NCBI GenBank assembly: GCA_963798845.1
Contig: CAWCUS010000006.1
Location: forward strand, 1,248,001 to 1,312,000
Direction of reading: 5' to 3'
DNA: 64,000 nt
From: an uncultured Gemmatimonadales bacterium
Lineage (GTDB): Bacteria; Gemmatimonadota; Gemmatimonadetes; Longimicrobiales; RSA9
Positions within the stretch are counted from its first letter, which is position 1; every line of letters begins with the position of its first letter. Below are positions 11,401-20,706 of the stretch, in pieces. The translations under genes were made by a program, and so were the position numbers. The notes under the pieces are model-generated. The model did no database searches, was not told where the DNA came from, and saw nothing but the letters and a program-made list of their open reading frames with translations.

Positions 11401-12532
11401 GGTGTTCCTGCGCCAGGGCGAGGCGGCCAGGAGCGCGGAGCCGGTGGCGGAGCCGTTCCGCTGGCTGCGCCGCATGCTCCGCCGCCCCGCCGCTCCGAAA
11501 GTGCTGGAGAACGCGGCCATGCGCGTGGAGATCGACCCCGAGACGGGGGAGATCGCGTCGCTGGTGGACCGGGCGACGGGTCGGGAGATGGTGGCTGCGG
11601 GAGCGCGGGCGAACGTGCTGATGACGCAGCCCGACGAGCCGAGGCAGTGGGACGCGTGGAACATCGACAGCGTGAACGGGCCCTGGACGCCCGTGCGCGG
11701 AGCGGTCACGGTCGGGCCGGTCATGCGGGACGGACTGGGGAAGTGGGTGGAAGTGACGCGGTCGGGTGAGGGCGTGCGGGTGCGCCAGCGCTATCGTCTG
11801 CCGGACATGGCGAGGCGGCTGGACATCGCCACCACCGTGGAATGGTCGGCGTCGCACCGCCTGCTGAAGGCGGCGTTCCCGTGGGCGCTGAGCCCGGACA
11901 GCGTCTGGGCCGAGATCCCGTACGGCGCCATCGGTCGCCCGGCCGTGCCCTCCACGCGCAAGGACAGCGCGCGCTACGAGACGGCCATGGAGCGGTGGGT
12001 CGATGCGTCGGAGGACGGCGCGGGCGTCGCTCTGGTCAACGACGGCAAGTACGGCTACGACGTCCAGGGCGACACGGTCCGGCTGACGCTCCTGAAGGCG
12101 CCGAAGTGGCCGGACCCGGAAGCGGACATGGGCACGCACACGTTCACGTACAGCGTCGTCCCCCACACGGGCGACTGGCGCGCGGCAGAAGTGCTGTCGG
12201 CGGCGGAGGAGCTGAACCGGCCGCTGCGGGCGGTGGCGGTGCGGCCGCACACGGGGACCGGCGTGAGCTTCGGCCTGCTCCACCTGGAGGGCGGGAGCGT
12301 GATCCTGAGCGCGCTCAAGCGGGGCGAGGACGATCCGGCGGTGCTGGTGGTGCGACTGGTCGAGCGGGAAGGACGAACGACCCTCACGCGACTGGTCCTG
12401 CCCGGTCGCTTCGAGGTGCGCGAGGCGGACCTGCTCGAGCGGGCGACGACCGTCGGGCGCGCCGCAGAGGACGGGATCGGCGTCCGGCTGCGCCCGTGGG
12501 AGGTGAAGACGTTGCTGGTGCGGCGGAAGTAG
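8494..12532 (+). CDS. Secreted GH38 alpha-mannosidase with N-terminal galactose-binding/PA14-like beta-sandwich; split by a +1 frameshift near 9880
   Basis: ORF 8494.. gives a signal peptide and a TDDDGRLWLNG..GVNRLLYKV domain. ORF 9947..12532 has GNSHIDAAWLW, WIPDTFG, YGVGDHGGGP, LYLEYHRG and NQFHDILPG. The second frame reads open and Ala-rich back to ~9883. Confidence 0.85.
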
Positions 12533-12626
12533 GCCGGCGGCGAGTCGAGAGCGACAGGGGCACTGCGCGACGCGGGCCGGCGCCAGCACGACTCCGGCGC
12601 GCCGTGAGCGTGCGGCGGCCGCGCCG

Positions 12627-13682
12627 TCACTCGGCGGGCGGGCGGCGCCCCGCCGCCCGGTGCGCGGCATCGATGATCTCCAGCACAGCGACGGCGTCGG
12701 CGGGGTCCACCGGCGGTGGCGTCCCTTCCCGGATGGCGCGGCGCACGCCCTCGTAGAACGCGGTGTAGGCGCCCGGCTCCGTCGGCGTGGTGCGGGAGGC
12801 GACGCCGTCGTCCAGCGTCCCCCAGCGCTCCTCCGGCTCATCGCCGAAGCCGGGCTCGTCAGGGGAGCGGCCTGCGCGGAGCTTCGCTTCCTGGACGTCC
12901 ATGCCGTACTTGGTCCAGCTCGCGCGCGACCCGAGAACCCTGAAGCGCGGCGCAGGGCCGGCGGAGATGACGTTGGCCCAGAGGTGCGAGCGGACGCCGC
13001 TCTCGTGCGTGAGCGCGAGGAAGGCGTCGTCGTCCACGCGTGTTCCGGGGCGGCGGGTGTCCATCTCCACATGGACGTGGCGGACGGGACCGAAGAGCAC
13101 GAGCGCCTGGTCGACGAGGTGCGGCCCCAGGTCGTAGAGGATGCCGCCCCCCTCCGCTGGCGACGGCTCCTGCCGCCACCCCGGCGTCGGCTCCGGGCGC
13201 CAGCGAACGAAGCGCGACTCGAAGCGGAACACCTCGCCCAGCGCCCCCTCCCGGATGAGGCGGCGGAGCGTGAGGAAGTCCCCGTCCCAGCGCCGGTTGT
13301 GGTAGGCGGTGAGCACCCGGTGGCGCTTCCGCGCGGCAGCCACGAGTCGACGAGCGTCCGCCGCGGTGACGGCGAGCGGCTTGTCCACGACGACGTGGAG
13401 CCCGGCGTCCAGGGCGGCGAGGGCGAGCGGGACGTGCGTGCGGTTCGGGGTGGTGATCACCGCCACGTCCAGCGCGCCGGCCATGCGCCAGAGCGCTTCC
13501 GTGTCCGGGACCACGTCGGCGCCGGGGTAGCGCGTCCGGGCGTCGCGCGCGCGTTCCGGGTTTCCGGTGACGATCGCGGCGATGCGGAGTCCCGTCTCGG
13601 CGGCGATGAAGGGAGCGTGGAAAGCCGCGCCTCCGAGGCCGAACCCCACCACGGCCACGCGCAGCGGTGCGTCGGGTGACAT
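12627..13682 (-). CDS. Gfo/Idh/MocA family oxidoreductase (YdgJ/IolW-like)
   Basis: VVGFGLGGAAFHAP, VVVDKP, YHNRRWDGDF and YDLGPHLVDQ motifs. Confidence 0.92.
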   Translation of the reverse strand: MSPDAPLRVAVVGFGLGGAAFHAPFIAAETGLRIAAIVTGNPERARDARTRYPGADVVPDTEALWRMAGALDVAVITTPNRTHVPLALAALDAGLHVVVDKPLAVTAADARRLVAAARKRHRVLTAYHNRRWDGDFLTLRRLIREGALGEVFRFESRFVRWRPEPTPGWRQEPSPAEGGGILYDLGPHLVDQALVLFGPVRHVHVEMDTRRPGTRVDDDAFLALTHESGVRSHLWANVISAGPAPRFRVLGSRASWTKYGMDVQEAKLRAGRSPDEPGFGDEPEERWGTLDDGVASRTTPTEPGAYTAFYEGVRRAIREGTPPPVDPADAVAVLEIIDAAHRAAGRRPPAE

Positions 13683-13723
13683 GGGAGCGATCATGCCGCA
13701 GCCTCGCCCGGGCGTCAACAGGT

Positions 13724-13774
13724 GCACGGAGGGCGGAAGCGTCGCTCGCACGGAGGGCGGAAGCGTCGCTCGCA
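13724..13774. repeat. 24-bp perfect tandem duplication in a divergent intergenic region
   Basis: GCACGGAGGGCGGAAGCGTCGCTC x2 plus GCA. Confidence 0.9.
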
Positions 13775-13882
13775 GCCGGTGAACGGCGTGACCACCGCGT
13801 CTCCGGAGGCCCGAACGTTGCTCTGACAGGGGTTGGGGTAGGACGCGTAACTTGCTGTAGATGAGGGAGTTGGAGGTCGCAT

Positions 13883-14572
13883 ATGCAACGCGCTTCGCTG
13901 GTCGTGGCCGGGCTCGCTGCCCTGGTGCTCCAGGTTTCGGACGCGGGTGCGCAGACCGGAGGGCGCCGGCCGGGGCCGGACGCGGCGGCGGCGTTTCGCC
14001 AGGGTACGGCCCAGCTCGAGGCGAAGCGGGTAGGCGAGGCGGTCGATTGGCTGGAGAAGGCGGTGGAGCTGGCGCCGGCGAACGCGCGCTACCACCTGAA
14101 GCTGGCCGCGGCGTACGGAGCGGCAGCGCAGGAGGCGAGCGTCCTGCGCCAGGCCGGGCTGGCCAGGAAGGTGAAGTCGGAGCTGGAGCGTGCCGCGCGT
14201 CTGGACCCGTCGCTGGTGGAGGCGCGTGTGGGGCTGATCCGTTACCACCTGCGGGCGCCCGGGATCATGGGCGGCGACAAGGAGGAGGCGGAGCGCCAGG
14301 CGGAGGTTGTGGCGCGGCTGGATCCGTGGAAGGGGTGGCGCTGGTTGAGCACGGTTTACAGGGCGCTGAACCGCCCGGCCGACGAGCAGCGCGTGCTGCT
14401 GGAAGCGACGCGGACTTTCCCGGACAGCGCGGGGCCGGCGTACCGGCTGGGCGAGCTGAACGAGCGGCTCGGCCGGACGGAGCTGGCGCGGGAGTGGTAC
14501 CGCCGGGCGCTGGCCGTGGAGCCGGCGTTCGAGGCGGCCGAGAAAGCGCTCGCGTCGCTGAAGCGCGGCTGA
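13883..14572 (+). CDS. Secreted tetratricopeptide-repeat protein
   Basis: Signal peptide; TPR-like helices (AVDWLEKAVELAP, AYRLGELNERLGRTELAREWYRRALAVEP); GGAGG RBS. Confidence 0.85.
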   Translation: MQRASLVVAGLAALVLQVSDAGAQTGGRRPGPDAAAAFRQGTAQLEAKRVGEAVDWLEKAVELAPANARYHLKLAAAYGAAAQEASVLRQAGLARKVKSELERAARLDPSLVEARVGLIRYHLRAPGIMGGDKEEAERQAEVVARLDPWKGWRWLSTVYRALNRPADEQRVLLEATRTFPDSAGPAYRLGELNERLGRTELAREWYRRALAVEPAFEAAEKALASLKRG

Positions 14573-14688
14573 GCCCGCGTCGCGGTCCGACCGGGGGAGG
14601 GTGAGCCCGAGGCAGCGACTCCGGCGAAAGTCGCGGGGGGTCGGCCGCGTAGGTGGGCGGGCCGACGGAAACCGGGCGGCCGTCGGCA

Positions 14689-14718
14689 TTGACACCGGGG
14701 ATCGCCGCGGACTACGGT
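14689..14718 (+). promoter_or_regulatory. Candidate sigma70 promoter for the Yip1 gene
   Basis: TTGACA-N18-TACGGT, ~50 bp upstream of ATG 14767. Confidence 0.45.
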
Positions 14719-14766
14719 GAACCCCGGACCTTCCTGCCGGCCCGACGCTTCCACAAGGGAGAAAGC

Positions 14767-15510
14767 ATGTCCGAACCTGGCGGTGTTGCCACGGCCTCCC
14801 CGCCGCAGCCTGAAAAGGCCGCGGTCTGGGAGGACTTCATCGACATCTTCTACGAGCCGCGGGCCGTGTACGAGCGGCGGCTCGGGGGGAAGTCGTGGCC
14901 GGTGCTGCTGGTGCTCACGATCCTGCTGACGGCGCTCTTCTTCGCCTGGTACCACGCCTTCGGTGCCGTCTTCGACGTGGAGATGCAGCGGGCCGCCGCG
15001 AAGAGGCTGGCCGACAACGCGGAGTTGAACACCGACCAGCTTCAGCAGATGCGACGAATGGGCCGCATCTTCGGGGTGATCGGCTTCGCTGTCACCTTCC
15101 CGATCGGAGTGGCCCTCACCGCTCTCGTGACGTGGATCCTGGCCCGGGCCATGGGTGCCGTCACGACGTTCGCGGCCATGATGCTGGTGGTCACCTATTC
15201 GCAGATCGTGCGCGTGCCTCAGTTCGTGGCCGGGCTCGTCGAGTCCTTCGTCATGGACGTGAACCGGCTCGACTCCGTCCACGACGTGGGGTTCAGCGCC
15301 GCCCGGTTCCTCGACCAGCCGGCGGCGTCGCAGGTGCTGGTGAACCTGGCGACGCGGGTGGATGTCTTCACGCTCTGGGCTACCGCCCTCATCGCCATCG
15401 GCCTCCAGGTGGCGGCGAAGATGCCGCGCGGAAAAGCGTGGGCGACCGCCGTCCTGGTGTGGATCATCGCTTCGCTGCCACAGCTGGCCGGCGGGCTCTT
15501 CAGCCGCTGA
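14767..15510 (+). CDS. Yip1 family membrane protein
   Basis: IFYEPRAVYERR start motif, about 5 TM helices, DVFTLW..IGL motif. Confidence 0.8.
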   Translation: MSEPGGVATASPPQPEKAAVWEDFIDIFYEPRAVYERRLGGKSWPVLLVLTILLTALFFAWYHAFGAVFDVEMQRAAAKRLADNAELNTDQLQQMRRMGRIFGVIGFAVTFPIGVALTALVTWILARAMGAVTTFAAMMLVVTYSQIVRVPQFVAGLVESFVMDVNRLDSVHDVGFSAARFLDQPAASQVLVNLATRVDVFTLWATALIAIGLQVAAKMPRGKAWATAVLVWIIASLPQLAGGLFSR

Positions 15511-15531
15511 CGAGCGCGCGCGTTCTGGCGG

Positions 15532-15562
15532 GGCGACGGGGCTGCGAAGCCCCGTCGCCTAC
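15532..15562 (-). repeat. GTAG-type REP-like palindrome / terminator hairpin
   Basis: Minus strand reads GTAG-GCGACGGGGCT-TCGC-AGCCCCGTCGCC: a 12-bp stem with a GTAG foot. Confidence 0.55.
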
Positions 15563-15760
15563 GGCGTGCGGATGTCGCTCCCGCGACTCCGTTGCCACGC
15601 TTCGAACAGGCTGTCGAAGCGACGCATCGGCGGGTCCGCCGCATGGGACCGGCCATGAGCTCCACACTCGCGCGGCGAAGAGTCTTGAAGGCGGGAGGTC
15701 GGGACGGTATGGTCCCCGGAGCCCCGACCCTGTCCTGACCCGATCAGTGGAGACCCATCG

Positions 15761-17158
15761 ATGAGGACCCGTGACATCCGCGCGGCTCTGATTGCCGCAG
15801 CAGTCCTGGCGGCGTGCGCGCCGGACGTGCAGCCGGCCACGCAGGCCGCGGCGGTGTCGGACCAGGCGCCGGTCCCGGGGACGCCCGCGTCCTCGGCGCA
15901 GACGGCGCTGTACGAGCTGTTCGTGCGCGACTTCTCGCCGGAAGGCACGCTCCAGGGGGTGATCCGCGGGCTGGACCGGGTGGAGGCCACGGGTGTCGAG
16001 TACGTGTGGCTGATGCCGCTTCACCCGATCGGCGAGCAGGGGCGGAAGGGCCCGGCGGGGGCGCCCGGGTCGTCGTACTCGGTGCGGGACTACCATGCCA
16101 TCAACCCCGATTACGGCACGGATGCGGACCTGAAGGAGCTGGTGTCCTCGATCCACGGGCGAGGGATGAAGGTCATGCTCGGGTGGGTGCCGAACCACAC
16201 GTCGTGGGACAACGTCTGGGTCACCGAGCACCCCGACTACTACGTGCGGGACGAGAACGGCGAGATGACGGTGCCGCGGGACCTGGGCGGGAATCTCACC
16301 GACTGGACCGACGTGGCGCAGCTGGACTACGGCAACGCCGCGCTCAGACAGGCGATGATCGACGCCATGAAGTACTGGCTGGAGACGTTCGACCTGGACG
16401 GCTTCCGCATGGACGTGGCCGGCTTCATCCCCGACACGTTCTGGCAGGACGCCGCGTCGCAGCTGAACGAGGTGAAGCCGGTCCTGCTGCTGGCGGAGTG
16501 GGATTCGCCCGCGATGCTGGAGGACGGCTTCGACATCATGTACCCGTGGTCGTCGTACGGGCGGCTGAAGGAGGTGTGGAAGGGGCGGCGTGCGGCCGAG
16601 TTCATCGAGGGCGAGCTGGACGCGATCCACGCGCTTCCGGCCGGCGGCCTCTACATGCGGATGACGACGAACCACGACGAGACCGCGTGGGACGCCCCGC
16701 CCGTCACGCTCTTCGGCGGACCGGCGGGCGCGCGGGCGGCGTTCGTGGCGGAAGCGCTGCTGCCGGGGCCGCCGATGCTGTACAACGGACAGGAAGTGGA
16801 AAGTCCGCAGCAGCTGGGTCTGTTCGTGAAGCAGGCGATCGACTGGGACCAGGCCGGCGCGGATGAGGCGCGCACCTTCTACCGCACGGTGATCGAGCTG
16901 TCCCGGACGAACCCGTCGCTGTCCGCGCCGGGCGGGCTGGAGATCGTGCGGACGGACGCGGAGCAGGACGTGATCGCCTACCGCCGCGGCGAAGTGGTGG
17001 TCCTGGTGAACGCTCGCCCGCAACCGGTCACGGTGACGGCGCAGGGGGTGGACGTGGCGGGGTGGACGGACCTGCTGACGGGCGCGGCGCAGGAGGGTGC
17101 CGCGGTGTCGCTTCCGGCCTACGGTGCGGTGGTGCTGGCACGCGAGGCGGCGGACTGA
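15761..17158 (+). CDS. GH13 alpha-amylase family lipoprotein
   Basis: LAAC lipobox; WVPNHT, GFRMDVAG (nucleophile), LAEW (acid/base), NHDE and YNGQE. Confidence 0.92.
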   Translation: MRTRDIRAALIAAAVLAACAPDVQPATQAAAVSDQAPVPGTPASSAQTALYELFVRDFSPEGTLQGVIRGLDRVEATGVEYVWLMPLHPIGEQGRKGPAGAPGSSYSVRDYHAINPDYGTDADLKELVSSIHGRGMKVMLGWVPNHTSWDNVWVTEHPDYYVRDENGEMTVPRDLGGNLTDWTDVAQLDYGNAALRQAMIDAMKYWLETFDLDGFRMDVAGFIPDTFWQDAASQLNEVKPVLLLAEWDSPAMLEDGFDIMYPWSSYGRLKEVWKGRRAAEFIEGELDAIHALPAGGLYMRMTTNHDETAWDAPPVTLFGGPAGARAAFVAEALLPGPPMLYNGQEVESPQQLGLFVKQAIDWDQAGADEARTFYRTVIELSRTNPSLSAPGGLEIVRTDAEQDVIAYRRGEVVVLVNARPQPVTVTAQGVDVAGWTDLLTGAAQEGAAVSLPAYGAVVLAREAAD

Positions 17159-17240
17159 TCGAGCTGGGGCGACCACACGCGGCGGGGCGGCCGCTCCTGC
17201 CCACCACCCACCACCAGAGGGCCGGCGCCCGTGCTCCGGG

Positions 17241-19625
17241 TCAATATCCTTCCTGCGCGGTGCGCGCGATGATCTCCTCCTGGAGGTCCCGTCCGAGGTC
17301 CACGAAGTAGTCGCTGTAGCCGGCCACGCGGACGAGCAGGTCACGATAGCTCTCGGGGTGCGCCTGGGCGTCCCGGAGCGTCTCCGTATCCACCACGTTG
17401 AACTGGATGTGGTGGCCGCCGAGGCGGAAATACGTGCGGATGAGGTCGGCGAGCCGGTCGATCCCGGTGTCGCCCTCGAGCAGGGAGGGGAGGAAGCGCT
17501 GGTTGAGGAGCGTACCGCCGGACTTCACCTGGTCCATCTTCCCGAGCGAGCGGCAGACTGCGGTGGGGCCGTGGCGGTCGGCGCCGTGGGCGGGCGAGGT
17601 GCCATCGGAGATGGGCAATCCGGCGCGGCGGCCGTCGGGCGAGGCGCCCACTTTCGTGCCGAAGTACACGTGGCAGGTGGTGGACAGCATGTTCAGGTGG
17701 TACTCCCCGCCGCGGGTGTTGGGCCGCCCGTCAATGGCGTCGAACAGGGAGCGGTAGACGCGCTGCATGATGGCGTCGGCGTCGTCGTCATCGTTGCCGT
17801 ACTTGGGCGTGCGGTTGAGGAGCCGCTGGCGGAGCGGCTCCTCGCCATCGAAGTCCCGGGCCAGCGAGCTCAGGAGGGCGTCCATGGCCAGGCGCCGGCG
17901 GACCCCCTCGCCGGCCGGGACGCCCTCGAGCACGTGCGTGCGCAGCGCCGACAGGCTGTCCGTGACCGTGCCGATGCCGCAGCACTGGATGTAGCTGGTG
18001 TCGTAGCGGGCGCCGCCGTCGTTGTAGTCGCGGGCGTTCTCGATGCAGTCGCGGATGACCACGGAGAGGAAGGGCGCGGGAGCGAAGCGGGCATACATGG
18101 ACTCGATGTACTGGCTCACCTCCACCTTCACGTCCACGAAGTGCCGGAGCTGCTTCTCGAACGCGGCGTAGAGGTCGTCGAAGGAGCCGAAAGCGCGCGG
18201 GTCGCCCGTGCGCGGTCCGATCCGCCTCCCGGTGAGGGGATCGACGCCGTCGTTCAGCGCGATCTCCAGGATCTTGGGGAGGTCGAGGTAGCCGGTGAGG
18301 ATGTAGGCTTCCTTGCCGAACGCGCCCGTCTCGATGCAGCCGCTGGTGCCCCCTTCGCGCGCGTCCTCGACCGTCTTGCCCGCCCTCACCTGCTCCGCTA
18401 CCACCACGTCTGCGTTGAAGACCGAGGGATAGCCGAGCCCCTCGCGGATGACCCTGCACGCGGCCTTCAGGAACCGGTCGGGCGTGCGTGCGCTGATCTG
18501 AACGTTGCACTGGGGCTGGAGGAGCCGGATCTCGTCCGCCACCTCCAGGATCAGGTACGACAGCTCGCTCGTGGCGTCGTCGCCATGGGGAGTGAGGCCG
18601 GCGAGATTGATGTTGGTGAAGTCGTTGTATGTCCCGCTCTCCTCCGCCGTCACACCCACCTTGGGCGGCGCGGGGTGGTTGTTGAACTTGATCCAGAGGC
18701 AGGAGAGCAGCTCCTTCGCGCCCTCGCGGTCGAGGACGCCGGCGTTGAGGTCGCGCTCGTAGAACGGGCGCAGGTGGTGGTCCAGGTGGCCGGGGTTCAT
18801 GGCGTCCCAGCCGTTCAGCTCCGTGATGGTCCCGAGGTGGACGAACCAGTACATCTGGATCGCCTCGTGGAAGGTGCGCGGCGCGTGCGCAGGGACCCGG
18901 CGGCAGACGCGGGCAATGGCGAGCAGCTCATCACGGCGTCGCTCGTCCGGCTCCGACGCGGCCATCTCTTCCGCCAGCGAAGCGTGGCGCTCGGCAAAGA
19001 GGATGGCGGCGTGGCAGGCGATGTCCATGGCCTCCAGCTGTTCCGCTTTGCGCGCCGCGTCGGGGTCGCGAAAGTAGTCCAGGCTGCGCGTCCGGTCCGC
19101 GATCTCCGACCGGAAGTCCAGCAGCCCCTTCCGGTAGATCTCGCCATCGAGCGCCGTGTGCCCGGGCGCCCGCTGCTCCATGAACTCCGTGAAGACGCCT
19201 GCGTCGTACGCGTCGAGCCACATCCGCGGGAGGTGTGCGAAGATCCGGTCGCGCATGGAGCGGTCGCGCCAGTAGGGAACGATCTCGCGCTGGTAAACCT
19301 CGATCGCCTGGTCGCTGACGACGTAGCGGGTCCTGTCCCGACCGTCCAGCGTGCGCAGGTCCTCGACCGCGTGGCAGGTCAGCTCCGGGAAGGTGGGGAC
19401 CGCCTTCGGCGCGGGGCCACGCTCGCCCACGATCAGCTCGTCGTCACCGATCCAGAGAGTCTTCTTCTGGCACAGCTCGCGGAACGCCATGGCCCGGAGC
19501 ACCGGGACGGCGCACCGGCCTTCGTTCCTCCGATAGAAGCGCGTGACGATCTCGGCGCGCTCGGTGGATACGGTGGGGACCGCCCGGAAGCTCCGCTCCC
19601 GAAGGCGGGCGACACGGTCGTTCAC
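17241..19625 (-). CDS. hypD: Glycyl radical enzyme, trans-4-hydroxy-L-proline dehydratase type
   Basis: RVAGY Gly-radical loop and SGCIE Cys loop; HypD-type segments FTEFMEQRAPGHT, TELNGWDA, PAPPKVG..ESGTYNDF, AYILTGY and LSTTCHVYFG. Confidence 0.88.
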   Translation of the reverse strand: MNDRVARLRERSFRAVPTVSTERAEIVTRFYRRNEGRCAVPVLRAMAFRELCQKKTLWIGDDELIVGERGPAPKAVPTFPELTCHAVEDLRTLDGRDRTRYVVSDQAIEVYQREIVPYWRDRSMRDRIFAHLPRMWLDAYDAGVFTEFMEQRAPGHTALDGEIYRKGLLDFRSEIADRTRSLDYFRDPDAARKAEQLEAMDIACHAAILFAERHASLAEEMAASEPDERRRDELLAIARVCRRVPAHAPRTFHEAIQMYWFVHLGTITELNGWDAMNPGHLDHHLRPFYERDLNAGVLDREGAKELLSCLWIKFNNHPAPPKVGVTAEESGTYNDFTNINLAGLTPHGDDATSELSYLILEVADEIRLLQPQCNVQISARTPDRFLKAACRVIREGLGYPSVFNADVVVAEQVRAGKTVEDAREGGTSGCIETGAFGKEAYILTGYLDLPKILEIALNDGVDPLTGRRIGPRTGDPRAFGSFDDLYAAFEKQLRHFVDVKVEVSQYIESMYARFAPAPFLSVVIRDCIENARDYNDGGARYDTSYIQCCGIGTVTDSLSALRTHVLEGVPAGEGVRRRLAMDALLSSLARDFDGEEPLRQRLLNRTPKYGNDDDDADAIMQRVYRSLFDAIDGRPNTRGGEYHLNMLSTTCHVYFGTKVGASPDGRRAGLPISDGTSPAHGADRHGPTAVCRSLGKMDQVKSGGTLLNQRFLPSLLEGDTGIDRLADLIRTYFRLGGHHIQFNVVDTETLRDAQAHPESYRDLLVRVAGYSDYFVDLGRDLQEEIIARTAQEGY

Positions 19626-19630
19626 GGCAG

Positions 19631-20608
19631 TCAGCCTCCGATGGTGACGTGCACTCCCTGCCGCTCGAGCCGCGCGCCCAGCTCCAGCACGCGCGCTTCC
19701 GGAACGGCGGTGTCAACTGGTAGACGCCAGGGTAGCCCGAAACGCTCGTGCTTCGCCTTCGCCGGCCGGTGGAACGGGAGCAGGTGCACGCCGTCCAGCC
19801 GCCCCGCCCCCAGGCCGCGGAGGTGCAGGGCGAGGGCGTCCGCGGCCGCGTCGCCATCGCTGACGCCCGGGATCAGCGGAACCCGGATGCGCACGCGCGC
19901 GCCGACGTCCAGGAGCCGGGCCAGGTTGTCCAGGATGGGCTGCAGCGGCACGCCGGTGGCCCGGCGGTGCAGCCCCGGGTCCAGCGTCTTGATGTCGTAG
20001 AGGAACAGGTCGGTCCGCTCCGCCACGCGGAGGAGCACGTCCGGCGACGCGAACCCCGTCGTGTCCACGGCCCGATGGATCCCGCGCTCGCCGCACGCGT
20101 CCAGGACCTTCGACAGGAAGCGCCATTGCAGCAACGGCTCGCCCCCAGAGAAGGTCACGCCGCCGCCCGACTGCTCGTGGAAAAGCGCGTCCCGGTCCAC
20201 CGCGTCCACCACCTCCGCCACGGTCAGCCACCGGCCCACGCGCTGCCTCGCCTCGGCCGGGCACGCATCCACGCACCGCCCGGGGCAGCCGTCGTCCAAC
20301 CTGCAGCGGCCAGGGTCCAGCTCCACCCCGTCGGCGCCTGGGGGGTCGGAGACGGCAGCGCCGGCCACGAACGCCAGCGCGCCCTCCGGACACGCCTCGA
20401 TGCAGGCGCCGCAGCGGAGGCAGCGGCCGGGGTCGTAGTGGAGGAAGGGAGCGCGACCCTGGCTCTCCGGGTTGTGACACCACCAGCACGACAGGGGGCA
20501 CCCCTTGAAGAACAGGGTCGTGCGGATCCCCGGCCCGTCATGGACCGAGTAGCGGTGGATGTCGAAGATCAGTCCGCGGGCGTCCTCAACCGCGCCCAGA
20601 GAGGCCAC
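19631..20608 (-). CDS. Glycyl-radical enzyme activating protein (radical SAM with ferredoxin-like insert), HypD activase
   Basis: HDGPGIRT, GCPLSCWWCHNPE (CxxxCxxC), insert CLRCGACIEACP..C..C...CP, and GGVTFSGGEP; lies 5 bp from the GRE. Confidence 0.93.
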   Translation of the reverse strand: MASLGAVEDARGLIFDIHRYSVHDGPGIRTTLFFKGCPLSCWWCHNPESQGRAPFLHYDPGRCLRCGACIEACPEGALAFVAGAAVSDPPGADGVELDPGRCRLDDGCPGRCVDACPAEARQRVGRWLTVAEVVDAVDRDALFHEQSGGGVTFSGGEPLLQWRFLSKVLDACGERGIHRAVDTTGFASPDVLLRVAERTDLFLYDIKTLDPGLHRRATGVPLQPILDNLARLLDVGARVRIRVPLIPGVSDGDAAADALALHLRGLGAGRLDGVHLLPFHRPAKAKHERFGLPWRLPVDTAVPEARVLELGARLERQGVHVTIGG

Positions 20609-20706
20609 GGCGCTTCCTCCGTGTCAGGGCCGCTCCAAGGATGAGCGGCGGCTCCGGGCTGCACCAGCTTCCTGCGCGCGGCCGGTGCATCGGTCTCCTG
20701 CTCGGA

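Noticed and set aside
9851..13072. 1073-aa ORF (-), and similar long Arg/Pro/Ala-rich ORFs such as 17097..20000, 25686..29087, 35911..38865 and 61049..63508
   Set aside because: Shadow frames of motif-bearing genes in very high-GC DNA, where stop codons are rare; no recognisable domains.
17241..19625. Pyruvate formate-lyase call for the GRE
   Set aside because: It has a single-Cys GCIE loop rather than the adjacent Cys-Cys of PFL, and the motifs match HypD.
7099..20608. GH53 + GH38 + HypD as one arabinogalactan-protein degradation locus
   Set aside because: GH53 acts on beta-1,4-galactan, not the beta-1,3/1,6-galactan of hydroxyproline-rich AGPs; the genes are interspersed and not co-oriented.
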